In this document: positions 51,902-64,000 of the stretch, piece by piece
Layout: every line of letters begins with the position of its first letter
Numbering within the stretch: position 1 is the stretch's first letter
From: Bigelowiella natans CCMP2755
Taxonomy: Eukaryota > Protista > Cercozoa
Direction of reading: 5' to 3'
DNA: 64,000 nucleotides
NCBI GenBank assembly: GCA_000320545.1
Contig: ADNK01000407.1
Location: forward strand, 20,834-84,833
Notes under the pieces: generated by a model
Seen by the model: the letters and a program-made list of their open reading frames with translations, nothing else
What the model was told of the DNA's origin: nothing
The model's database searches: none
Position numbers and translations under genes: made by a program

Positions 51902-53674
51902 TCCTGCAACAAACACCTTTTCTATGACTGTCCATGGGGTTACTTGACAAGGGTATATCTTCCATTGATCCGCCTGGATTTTCGGTGATGACGAATTGAT
52001 TAATTGATTGATTGATTCGCAACGAAGAAGAAGAAGAAGAAGAAGAAGAAGAAGAAGAGGGAAAATAGGATGACAGATGAGTAAAGGGCAATTCAATATT
52101 ATAGTCGATTAGGTTCCGTAATCTCTCCTATCTCCTAAACCTAACCCCCCTCCCATCCCCCCCCCCCATTCTATAAATTCCACACCACCTGAAGATCTTG
52201 ACTATGAAGCACATAATTGAACATTTTCAGGTCAATCTCCGGTGTTGAAGCTAAGTCGTTGTCATCATCATGATCATCATCATCATCACCATTGCCACCG
52301 TTTCAATCATCATTATGGTCGATTTCCATCATCGTCGGAAGCAGCCAACAGGGCAATTAGAAGAAGGGGAGAAGGAGGAGGGGGAGGGGGGAGGAGTAGA
52401 AAGGGAGAACCCATGCGTGGAACAACAATATGGAGCATCATTCAACAAGGCACAACTACTGTTGAAGACGAGAAAGACAGCGTGGAAGGAGACGTAGTAG
52501 TAGTAGTAGTAGTAGTAATAGTACATATGACTAAACAGACTGACGACTACTTGGGAGATCTGGCATCAAATGAAAATCAATTTTAAAGCCTGCATCTTTT
52601 AGCAATCGCGTGGCTCTGATGGCATCAGCATTGGTGCACCTATTATGGTAGGAAGAGGAGGAAGAAGAAGAAGAAGAAGAAGTCGTAGCATGGTAGTAGT
52701 AGTAGTAGTAGTAGTAGTAGTGTTAATTAGTAGCAGTCGTATCGTGATATCTTGACAAGAAAGGAGGGTAAAATATGGGCCTATGGCGTGGTAGAAACGT
52801 ACATCTACCCAGCTATGAAATTTTAAAAATTTGGCTGCTGGCTCTCATTGGAGGGGGAATGTTTGCCTTCAACGGCAAGCAAGGTAGACAGCGCCGTACT
52901 AGGGCAACACGCCATCATTCATAACTCTCGTCGCGATCATGCCACCTCCATCATATCATCATCATTCCAAAGATGTCTGCTGCATATAATCATACTCACC
53001 CTCTGTTGATGACTTTCAAGATCCTATCATCAGTGTGCTGGATACCGATTTGGACTCGCGTGCACCCGTATAGCCTCATGCGCTGCGTTCGATGTTTTCG
53101 ATCATGATGGGATCATTTAGCACAGGGAAGACAACTCAGTGAGCCAAGAAGGGAATGATGAAGAGTATAGCATCTTTCATTAGTTTCTCGCTCGGTAGAC
53201 GCGTACCTGCACCTCCCCGGCATCGATTGAATCTGGCCTTGTTTCTAGTGTGAGACCGATGATTCGGCACGAGGTGCTTTCATTGATTTTTTGCTCCTCC
53301 CGTAAGCTTTTCTGGTAGATTCGAAACATGAGAAGAGGCAGATTTCGATGAAGCGGTGGTGAGAAAGACTATGCCAAACAGAACGTGGTGACTTCGAGAG
53401 CTCTGATCTTCGTTCGGTTTGTTTTCCCATGTTTTAGGTTGTTTGACACTGTTGTGGTGTATACAATAATAATGGGGTCTGATGTCTGAAGAACCAACCG
53501 GTGAACGACGGGGAGTCTTGTCGTAGAATGTATTTGCAGCATAGAAGATGTCTCGCAGAAAGGTTTCCTGGTATTCTTGAGGGTATTCTGACCATGTTCC
53601 TCCCAGAACAAGAATCTCGATCTTGTCGACATGATGACCGTTCACCTGTTATTATGCAGTGTCAACACACACAT

Positions 53675-53714
<40 letters not shown>

Positions 53715-54978
53715 AATTTTGATACACTGGGGGGAGGTGGTCTGCATCTAATGTTATTTCCAAATCTCTGCAATTTTGTGGACATCATTCATTCGTCGCT
53801 ATAACATCATATCTACTACTACATGAAGTGTAAAAGCCCTTGCAGTAAACTGATTAACAGGATGCCAGCCATGTTTCTTTCCTACATAACGATCAATCAT
53901 ACGGTCGTCATGTTTCTTTTCTACATAATGATCAATCATACGGCCGTCGTAAACAGCAGGGGAAGAAGGAGAGGATATCCTCCTTCGAATCAAAACCCTT
54001 GCGATCAATCAATCATTCAACATCCGTGGGAAGAGAATCATGATGACGCAGGTGAGGAGACTAACACCTCTTTGCACTCCTGGCTCATCGCTTAAGTATG
54101 ATCGGGGAAGACCTTATAAGGGAGGTTGTATCAACAATTCCAGCTACTTAGCTCAGGACCACGAGGATACACAGCAGGGGGGGATGAGGGCGATGACAAT
54201 AATAATCACGACGACCTGGCTCGTTGGGGCAATAGTAACAGTTATGTTTGCAGCTAAACTTTTGCACCTTATTCCCATATCTGCAGGAGGAGAGAGGAGG
54301 AACAATACGACATCATCAATCGATTACCATTTTACTTCTGGGAGCTTCTTTTCAACAAACTACTACTATTCCTGCTGCCGATTACTTGGGATATGGACTC
54401 GTGAAGACAGTGATGACAAGAACACCAGACAAGCTCCGAGTTGGACACGTGATGAGATAATTTTCGATCTGCGGATTAGAACAAGAACAATCAGTGTAAG
54501 GCGGACGAACTACAAAAAATGCGCAATACGACGAGCATCCCACCGCGGCATTAGGCTTGATTAATCCTTCTTCGATCATCCGACGGTAAACAAAGCGAAT
54601 TGCAGCTTTCTTCGGGACCATTTTGTACTAGTTGGAGGGAGGGGTGTAAGATTTAAGCTTCAAACTTGCATTACGGTTATCAACGACCTTCCGCTTGATA
54701 GGGCGAATCTTCTGGTAGAACATAGAAACTGTTGTGACTTTATCAAGGTCCTGAATCGATATAACTTCCCGCACAAACTTCCTTATTGCCTGAATTCAGA
54801 ACAGTACGTTATTGCACGATGTCATTTCTCACTTTGCAACGAATCCGAATCTGCTGCCACCACTCTTTCGCAATACCTTTTCTTCACCTGCGGGGACAAG
54901 CCTCGCAGAGAGGCTACGAATAACGCCCTCTGCCGAGTCCTCGAGGTCGACGTCACCGTGCCCTCCAGTCAGAGCCAT
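49213..54978 (-). CDS. ELP3: ELP3-family radical-SAM/GNAT tRNA carboxymethyltransferase with C-terminal hydrophobic tail
   Basis: RSLSGVLVITVFTSP, FSCKHNCYYCPNEP, PRSYLSDEPG, GHHVDKIEILVLGGTWSEYP, IIGLTLETRPD, YGCTRVQIGIQH, IDFHLMPDLP, DQWKIYP, PWIRLNRVIRDIP, CIRCREV, ALVRELHVYG, QHIGFGSRLM, IAVIAGIGTRQYYAKLGY. Last exon 49213-49341. Confidence 0.95.
53868..53950. repeat. Intronic tandem duplication, 2 x 39 bp
   Basis: catgtttctttYctacataaYgatcaatcatacggYcgt repeated. Confidence 0.85.
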
Positions 54979-55475
54979 TCTTGTTGGAGCGGAGCGATGG
55001 TGGAAGATTCGGGAGAGTCAAGTTTCTTCGAAAATTCTGAGGAATGGCATTGGATTATCTCCTTGCGACATGCTGTTTTCATTGATGCACCATTGAAAAT
55101 GATCGCGTTTTGCGGATAGTCGATTTGTTTTGTGCTTTCCAAAAATGCATGGCGATAGAATTTTTGCGACAACCTTGTAAAAATGTCGTAACAGTGCACA
55201 TGTAGGGCGTTTCTTTCCGGTTCTGATCAAGCCGTGCCGACAGAATCGATATTCTTCCATTCTTCCTTGGTGCACCAATGTGAATCGCGCGGTGAGGGGG
55301 GGGTCAAGAAAGAAAGAGGAGAGAGAGAGAGAATTAAGTGAGGAGAAAAGAACAATCCGACATTAACAAAATCGATCCGGTTCTTGATTCACCAAATTTT
55401 ATTGGGGTATCATTTCATAGATAAGTTGTTGAAAGCGTGGTCTGCTTTGCCAACAACTACTTCGAAAAGAAAACG

Positions 55476-57081
55476 ATGGATAGGATAACGGCCAATCGAT
55501 TCAAGCTTGCATTTTGGTGAGATTATCCAGCTGTATAAACTCTCGTTGTCTCTCTTTTTGAAGTAGCGACTTACTGAGTGGGTTATTGTTATACACCCTA
55601 AATGTTTGTGCACGAAGGACGCTAATCTTCACCTTGATAGTCATCGAAACGAATGCAGACTGCATCGACAATGATAACATGGTGACCCAAAGCTTGTGCG
55701 ATCCAAAGTAAGTAAAAGCTATGCCGAAGTAGAATTTTCAATGACAAATCTGAATTGATACTTATATCAATTAGGTACGAGAAAGTTTGCATTCGAAACA
55801 ATAATGGGACATACCATGAAGGCTGCCTAACTTGTAAAGGAATCGTGGAGTAATGATACATTCTTTTTCTTTCAAAAAGAATATTTTATCAATATAACCC
55901 TTCGACCTGACAATGAACCGCTGTTGCTGCACATGCTGCCTTCGTGCATAACAACAACGACTACTACTACAACTACTACTACCAATACTACAGATACGAT
56001 TGTAATTCGTGCACGTGCAAAGTGAAAACCAGGTGGATCGCAGGCTTTGTCATTATTGGAGCGGGTTAGAACTTATTGCTGAAGCAGAATGTTGATTGGG
56101 ACATGCAATACATGACCAACGATGATGATGACAGCGATCGATGCCATTCCTTCTTCATTACCCAATATAGATTCTTTGAGAAAGCTTATTGAAATCCATC
56201 AAGATTCCTGTTGGTGAATTATTGATCAAATAGTTAGTTGTGCTCACCCACACTCCGTATTACATATTGATTAGATTGAGTATTTTTTGAATGACTTCTT
56301 AGCATTATGTGGTATTTGCCTCGGCTGCTGCTGTTTCTGCTGTTCGTGTTGTCCATGGTAAGGAGTTGTTGTGATGATGACAATGATGACGATCTTAATA
56401 GTTGGGAATGATAGATGGCGATTGAGGTGATTATAAAGATCTTCTTCTTATTATTCTCCTTCACCTGACTTCCAAGGTTCCAGTACCGGGCGAGACGACG
56501 TCAGCAGGGACAACAACATCATCATCATGCGGCTAACAGGGCCTCACCTGCCGTTGCCTATTACCGCATTGAGCAAGATGAAAATAAGGTGCTCTTCATC
56601 GCGCGCTATCTATAACGCTGCTGCGTGCGTAAACAAACACACACACACACACACAGACACACAAGTTACATATATCTTGTGATATTGTATTAAGATTTTT
56701 TTCAAATGGTAAAAGAGAAAGCGACGAACGGAAGCAGAATTTTAAGATGGATCGAAGTGCGTGGATATTCTTGTTGATATTTGTGCCTCCTTTGTCCAGA
56801 ATGGTCGAGATTTTACAGCTTCAATCAATCCCGCAATCGCAACAACAACAACAACGACGACGACGACAGCAAGAAGAACAACCACCATTCCTGTGGCACC
56901 AGTAGTAGATGCACATAAGGTGGTGATGTTGGTTTTGGCAAGCTTGTATTTCTTGGATAATACTAAAGAGTCCTCTATGTGCCAAATCTGATGATAATGG
57001 GTCATTGATTGCAGCACACTAACACAGATTAATTAGTAACGTGGGAATCCAGCACAGCGTACACTTTTCTTAGGCATTATT

Positions 57082-57126
<45 letters not shown>

Positions 57127-57276
57127 ACATATATATTTATATTTATATATTTCTATATATATGTCTGAAAGGTCGGCGCCGTTGTGGCTGGTGCTCCTGA
57201 ACCTTCTGCTCCTCCTATCTCTGGGCCTGGCAGCCCGGAATACGGCGTTGGGTACTACCTTAGAATTCACAGATAG
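55476..57276 (+). CDS. Hypothetical single-pass membrane protein with short Cys-rich ectodomain and PSAP-containing tail
   Basis: Exons MDRITANRFKLAF|TLIFTLIVIETNADCIDNDNMVTQSLCDPK|YEKVCIRNNNGTYHEGCLTCKG, WIAGFVIIGA, FQYRARRRQQ...DENK, NGRDFTAS...DAHK, VGAVVAGAPEPSAPPISGPGSPEYGVGYYLRIHR*. Middle exons partly unresolved. Confidence 0.55.
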
Positions 57277-57419
57277 CAGTTTTTTTAAATTCTGAATATG
57301 AATTCTATATATAGCCCAATCACTGACTGAGTGAATGTTTGGTTAAGCAAGCACTCTTTCAATGGAAATGACAACAAATGTGCGAATTATGTGACTTTTC
57401 AGACGGCAGTAGTTCCGAG

Positions 57420-58400
57420 CTTAGCTGGCCATCGGTTTCTCGCAGTCATGCTATGGTGATGTGCGATGTAGCGTCCAATATAATATATGCGTTCATAATG
57501 CATCATGAGATAGAGGTATGATAAAAGGTGACAAAAGCTACTTCTAGACTTCTAACAACATATTTAGATTCATAGTGCGCGTGCATCGCTGCATGGGATT
57601 ACGGAAGATGTTCATTTGTAATTCTATTTATGTATATGTTGTATGGCATGCACGCACATACAGACTTCTCATGTGTATCAGACATAAGTCACATGTAATG
57701 TTGTGTGATAAATTGATCAAATCTCCTCAATCATCATCCTAATGTAACTGTCGTTAGCAGTGCAATGCTGTCATCCTGATATACAACCTAGCTAGCTAGC
57801 TAGCTCAAGCCATAGCTCAGTAGCTAGCCATCTAAAAATGATGTGTTCTAGGGATCAGAGATGGCTGCTTGCCTTGATGAGCAGCTTCTAGCTTACATGC
57901 AGGACCATTGCAATATGTCAGCGACTGATGCTCATTAGCCTACTCTAGTAATAATTGAAGCATGCTGCATGCTCACTTGTAGATACATTTCGCAATTCAG
58001 CGGAGCGCCAAACATGCTACATCTAGCTAGCTAGGCCTACTAGCCCAATAGTCATGCGATGCGCACAGTGCTAGACTGCCGTCATCATGCTAGCATGCAT
58101 GTGTGACATGTGTTGCAATGCACTCGGACGATTGATTGAGAACGGCGTATGTTAGGATTAGGGGTGACTGGAAAGTAATTGAAGATAGCATGCTAGCATG
58201 TAAATGAATTAGTGTTGAACGAAGACTGTCGCGAATGATATTCCGCTTATCGAGATGCTCCCTGCCCTTTGAACTCCACCTCCACGCAGACACAAAAATG
58301 ACATAGCGTATATCTGGGTGTATGTATCATCTCTTTCCAAGCAGCTGCTACAACGATGTTGCTTTTGCACGTTGTGTAGGGCACACCTTCTGCAGATTTA
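57420..58400. other. CTAG/CATG-rich intergenic tract between convergent genes
   Basis: (CTAG)4 at ~57788, (CTAG)3 at ~58023, catgctagcatgcatg at ~58086. Confidence 0.7.
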
Positions 58401-58454
58401 TCGATTCAACGAGCTTCTGTGTGTGTTTGTTTCGTTTATTTGGTGGGTGTGATA

Positions 58455-58644
58455 TCACTGTGCTACATCGTTGACAATAAAGCTCCATGTCCGCTTTTCC
58501 CTATCATATTTCTCAAATGTAGCCCCTCGTTTAGCACACACTTTCCTGAGACGCTTTTCGTATTTGTCCAGGTTTATATCCTTCTGTAGTAATCATACGA
58601 CAACACACGTCTTATCGATAAAAAAGGATCTACACGCACACACG

Positions 58645-58705
<61 letters not shown>

Positions 58706-59104
58706 CGCGCTGAATGAACAAATAATATGATAGTCGCAGAGCAACAGTTTTGTACATAGCCACATCACGGTCAACATTATATGCGAAAGCGCTGTGCATT
58801 ATAACTGCTGCTGCTGCTAAGTATGATTCAAAATATAGATGTCGTTGTCCACCATACCACTGGCTCCACGTTCTTCATCGTGATTCGAGCCTTGGTGTCC
58901 ACGATGGCGTTCAGCCGTGCAATCTCCTCGCGGTACTCCTCCTCTTCCTCCGTGCTTCTTGTGTTGTTAGTGTCGTCGTCCTCAAGAATGGGGTCCATAG
59001 CCACCCGGCGGGGGCCGAAGCTGAGGGGTTATAATATCCAAGTAAGAAGAAGAAGAAGAAGAACAACAACAACATACACACACTAGACTACTACTATCAT
59101 TCGC

Positions 59105-59144
<40 letters not shown>

Positions 59145-59415
59145 GACGATGGTAAGACCTGACGATTTTGTCAAAATTGAGACCTCGTACATCGATCGGA
59201 TCCAACCACGTTATTGTCTGTAGTAGATCGTCAGCAGCAGCAGTAGTAGTAGTAGTAGAAGTAGTAGTAGTAGGAGTAACAAAAGTAGTAATTGTGAGAA
59301 TATTGAGTCGATGAGTGTGGATGATCACGTCTTTCACCACCACCACGACTGTCTACCGCCCCTCCCTCCCTTATATTCGTGACAAGTAGACACCCGGTTA
59401 TTTCTACTACCACCG

Positions 59416-59451
<36 letters not shown>

Positions 59452-59580
59452 GCGGCTCTCCTTACTCCGTGCTCATTGTCCAGTGTGAAGTACTTGAGGT
59501 TTTCAAGAGTGGTATCTGGTACATCCTGAATTGGGTGCACCCTACCATCGTCACCAAGGTACCTGGAGAATATTTATATT

Positions 59581-59618
<38 letters not shown>

Positions 59619-60575
59619 TGATAATAATGCGCGTGGTGAGCATGATCGTGTAGCGTGCTGGTTATTATTATTATTATGGGTTCTTGTTGGAGCAACATAT
59701 AGCATCATGGAACATACCCAATTTCATTTGCAGCTGAGTGCGTTGGAAGTTCTCCTGGTTCATCTAACTTCTCTTCAATGGGCAGTGGCGGCTGTGATGA
59801 TGATGATGATGATAATAATGATGATATTGATCAGAGAAAGGGACCGAGAACAGGTCTGTACACAGTCATCATCACTCATCACTCAACATTCAACATCGAG
59901 TTGTAGGTATTCCAGTCAATCACTCATCACTCAACATCAAACATCGAGTTGTAGCTATTCCAAAAATAATGTGCGCAGCTGCTGTTGAGGAACTTCCTCC
60001 TCCTCCCTCCCCCCCCCCCCCTTCCTTCCAATCCAACTAAAACTAGCACACTGCTATATTAGTGGTAGCAGTGCTACCTTGTCCAGACGATCGAGATATC
60101 TCCTGGACTCTAACAATCCAACTCGCTTGCCGGCGCTTGGCTGTTGCTGCATCATAAGCTCGAGCTTCTGTGCCTCAATACCAAACCTGAAGAAGAAAAA
60201 GAAAGGAGGAGGAGGAGGAGGAGGAGGAGGGAGGGGGAGGAGGGAGGAGGAGGGGGAGAGGGAGGAGGAAGACATGATATGTTGGTTGTTGAGGCGCAAA
60301 CATAGGAAGAAGATATTGTTCTCGTATCCCTTATTTTTTACTCGCACTGTTATTGGTACTAGTTCTTCTTACAGGTACTACTACTATTACTACTAGTACT
60401 GCTATCACTACTACTACGGCTGCTACTATTGCTACCATACCTTGAAGGTTTCCTCGAGAAAGATGTCGCCCCCCTCGTGATGGAGCGGATCGCTACTACG
60501 GGAAGAGACCGTTGGACCGAGTTCTGCTCAAAGTAAACAGGGGAAAACGGGGGGGAGGCGAGTTATCATCAACAC

Positions 60576-60610
<35 letters not shown>

Positions 60611-60995
60611 AGTGCCATGGGACTACCACTATCTAGCACATACATGGAATATCATCCAGCAAAATACTCTCCAAAAAATGATGGTGATGATGCCTCAAAG
60701 CCTACACATACACAATTGACGCCACCAGCAGCAGCAGCAGCAGCAGCGTCATCATCACCACATATCTACGACGTACATCGATTTTAGCACTGGGTCTTGT
60801 AATTCCGTACATATTCTCCTGAAATATAAATGAATGTTAATGGTGATAGTGCTGCTGCTGCTGCTGCCAGGATTTTACTACTGAAAACGCCACTGACGAT
60901 GCGATCCTCATCCATAATTTGTTGTCATCATACACAAACTCTCTCCCTCTCTCTCTCTCTTTCACACATAGACACAAACACACATCTTGGTCGAT

Positions 60996-61036
<41 letters not shown>

Positions 61037-62807
61037 CATATAAATGTGTATATAAATATGGTGAGACTCTGGCATCGCCAACGTCATCATCATCATCATC
61101 ATCGTCATCATCATCAAATCACTGCTGCCTGCACACCACCACTAACAACTCCTGCATCATCATCATCATCATAATATCAAACCTTCGCATTCGCAGCGAT
61201 GTTTGGTATGACAGCAGTGGCTTGTGCTGTGGACGACGATGTGCCTCCCAGGAAGTTGCTGCTGCTGTTTGAACTAAACCCCCCCCCTCCCCCCCAACCT
61301 AATAATAGGCAAAAGCAAAGTAGACAGGACAACAGATAATATGTTACATAATAGTCGTCAGAAATATAAACAAACAACGAGGAAGCTGCTGCCACAGCCA
61401 AGAGAGAGGCGGGGGGGGGATCAGGGGGTTAGATGGTGTTTTGATGGTATTACCGCTGCTACTGGAGCTTCCACTGGATAATGCCATGCACAACAAAGGG
61501 AATAAATAATACACACCGTTAGATAAATAAACAACGATGATGATGGTCAGTTTTTGCTATCGGGATTATACCATATTCTGTAAGCAATCATCACATGTCA
61601 CAAACAAGAGGAACCACAAGAAGAGAACAAGGAAGGAAAGACACATAATTACTTTTCCCTCCCCCCACTCTTCTTCTTCTTCTTCTTCTTCTTCTTCTTC
61701 TTCTATTACTACTAGTATTACTACTACTACTGCTTGCTACAATTAAAAGTGCTTAGTTCCGACTACCCGAGGCTGAAGTCGCTGCTGCCGCTGCCGCCAA
61801 ATGAACCAAATCCCGAAGAACTGCCACTGTTTTTGTTCTTGTTGCTGTTCCCTGATGATCCAAATCTGTAGCATTGTAGTGGAGGATTTCATTTACATTA
61901 TTCGTTTGTGTTGTTGTTGTTGTTGATGATGATGATGGTGGTGATGATGATGATGGAGGAATACTAATGATGGCGGCAAGAAGAAGAAGAAGAAGAAGAA
62001 GGAGCAGTAGGAAGAAGATAGGTGGTGATGATGGTGATGGTGGTGATGATGATGATGCCCCCCTTCCTCCTGGTGAGAAAGGGCAGATTCACGAGGAATT
62101 ATATCATCATTCCGTGATTCATAAATATGCATAAGGAGAGTCATGGCATTGATGCTGCCGCTGCTGCTGCTGTAACAAAGGTGGTGGAAGAGTAATAAAA
62201 ATTTTGTTTGATGTACTCTAAAAAACACTCTCTGCTTTCTACTGTTATACTCCTACTATTATTACCCCCCTCCAAATCCACCGAAATCGGAGCTGAATGG
62301 ACGAGTAACAATTCAAAATAGTAATAATAAAATAATGAATTAATAATAATAATTATGATAATAATAATAATTACATCAGCGAAGGGTTCGTTTTTCATCA
62401 TGGAGTCGAGAATTTTAATATTTCTCGCCGATGGTGCTTGTTTTCGTACGGCGTGCGTGATGGATGGATAATGTGCTTTCGATTTGCATAGGAACCATGA
62501 AATCACATCATCATCATCATCATCATGATCATGATCATGTACACGTTCTAAACAGATGTTTTCTGTGCTTGTTTCTGTTTCCTTCTACCCGGAGGAGCCA
62601 CCAAAGCCGCTGCCGCCGCCACTATTTCCGGAGTTGAATCCATCAAAAGTACTTCCCCACCCGGAATTGTTGCCTTTTTAGTGGTAGTAGTAGTAGTAGT
62701 AGTTGTAGTGGTGGTAGTAGTAGATAATGATACCGACACAAAAAAGCACGGGTCAGGCCAGAATGGTGGTGGCAGTGCGAAATACTTCTCAACCCTCCCT
62801 CCACCCC

Positions 62808-62863
<56 letters not shown>

Positions 62864-63821
62864 GAGAGAGAGAGAGACAGACAGAGAGACAGATAGATGA
62901 CAGTTATGCTTTCAGCAGTGTAGTAAACTTTGTAGTAGTAGTAGTAGTATTAGTAGTAGTAGTACCAGACTGCTTCTTGTCGTTGCTTCCGAATCCACTA
63001 AGGTGTGAAGAGAGTTGAGTAATCAATCAATCAATCAATCAATCATCAAAACATTGCAGTATACGGTATATCACGTTGTCGTCGTCGTCTTCTTAACCAT
63101 CATCATCATCATCAGCAGCAGCAGCAGCAGCAACACTAGCATCATCAATTTGAAAGGTAGCGGTGTTCAGATCTACGCAAGCTACGCACACGCGTGCATC
63201 ATATCACCACTCGATCATACCTGCCACTGCTGCTTCCAAGAAGTCCACTCGAATCGAATGACGACGACGACGACCCCCCAAATCCTCCCCCTCCACCGAA
63301 TCCGCTACCACTGTCGCTGCCGAATCCCCCACCAAAACCAGAGGAACCGCTATTATTGTTACTGTTGTTGTTTGTTGTGCTGCTGTTTCCAAAGCCGCTA
63401 AATCCACCCGAGCTGCTGTTGCTGCTTGAAAAGCTATCAAACCTTCAACGTGAACGATGACGTAAAAACAAGAGGATGTATATTTTGCCATGGTTAGTAT
63501 TATCATTAATGATAAATAAAAGATTCTTGTGATACGGCACAGTCAGTAGGTTGGAATGAACAGCATTATTACCCTCCACCCCCAAAGGAGCCACTTCCAC
63601 CGCCACTTGAACTGAACGAACCGCTGCCGCTGCCGCTGCCAAAGCCACCACCACTGCTGCCGAGGTCACCACCACTGCTGCTGCCGAATCCTCCACCACT
63701 GCCGAAGCCTGAATTGCTTCCAAAACCGCCGCTTGAAAGAATACAACAGCAACAACAGCAACAACAACAATCGCAGCAGCAACGTTTAGGGTTATCAGGG
63801 AAGAAAGAGAGGACAACAAGC

Positions 63822-63856
<35 letters not shown>

Positions 63857-63888
63857 CCGAGTAGCAAGCGATCCAAAGAAAAACACCG

Positions 63889-63923
<35 letters not shown>

Positions 63924-64000
63924 GTCATCACAAGAAAAACCTGCTGCTGTCGTTAAAACTCGAATTGAACTCCTCCTCTGCTTACAACAACAAATAATAG
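58455..64000 (-). CDS. Nup98/Nup100/Nup116-family FG nucleoporin with C-terminal autopeptidase-like domain; 5' end outside the window
   Basis: GGFG/SGFG/SFG repeat exons (61760-63740). APD-like exons LENLKYFTLDNEHG|TITWLDPIDVRGLNFDKIV, LNAIVDTKARITMKNVEP and YEKRLRKVCAKRGATFEKYDREKRTWSFIVNDVAQ*. Confidence 0.85.
59868..59962. repeat. Intronic tandem duplication, 2 x ~48 bp
   Basis: atcactcatcactcaacat..aacatcgagttgtag.tattcca repeated. Confidence 0.85.

Noticed and set aside
55018-55278. 86-aa minus-strand ORF upstream of ELP3 as an N-terminal extension
   Set aside because: An in-frame stop lies 14 codons upstream of the ELP3 ATG at 54978, there is no ELP3 similarity, and it falls in the divergent promoter gap.
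1-64000. tRNA, rRNA, snRNA or telomeric repeats
   Set aside because: None recognised by eye. Small intronic ncRNAs cannot be excluded without Infernal or tRNAscan.

Overview
Intron-rich eukaryotic nuclear DNA with GT-AG introns and dense microsatellites. It is most likely a chlorarachniophyte alga (Bigelowiella/Lotharella-like, Rhizaria). That assignment is inferred from a plastid ribosomal protein (PSRP4/bTHX) carrying a signal-peptide plus transit-peptide leader. About 17 spliced genes can be traced by hand: a zinc-finger calpain, a C2H2 factor, ALG14, a GPCR-like protein, an SLC35C2-like transporter, Polycomb RING1, PSRP4, an SK-type K+ channel, KHDC4/RIK, CEP135/BLD10, a METTL21-like methyltransferase, ELP3, a Nup98-family nucleoporin and several hypotheticals. 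Most six-frame ORFs are intron or microsatellite artefacts. Gene orientation alternates almost strictly. The 3'-side intergenic gaps hold 0.3-1.1 kb tracts rich in palindromic tetramers; in the two tracts counted by hand, TpA survives almost only as CTA/TAG, suggesting a localized TpA->TpG/CpA hypermutation process. Other highlights are a calpain with UBZ, NZF, GRF and MIU modules, a tail-anchored ELP3 and a Nup98 paralog lacking the HFS cleavage motif. Exon boundaries were read manually and some gene ends are approximate.
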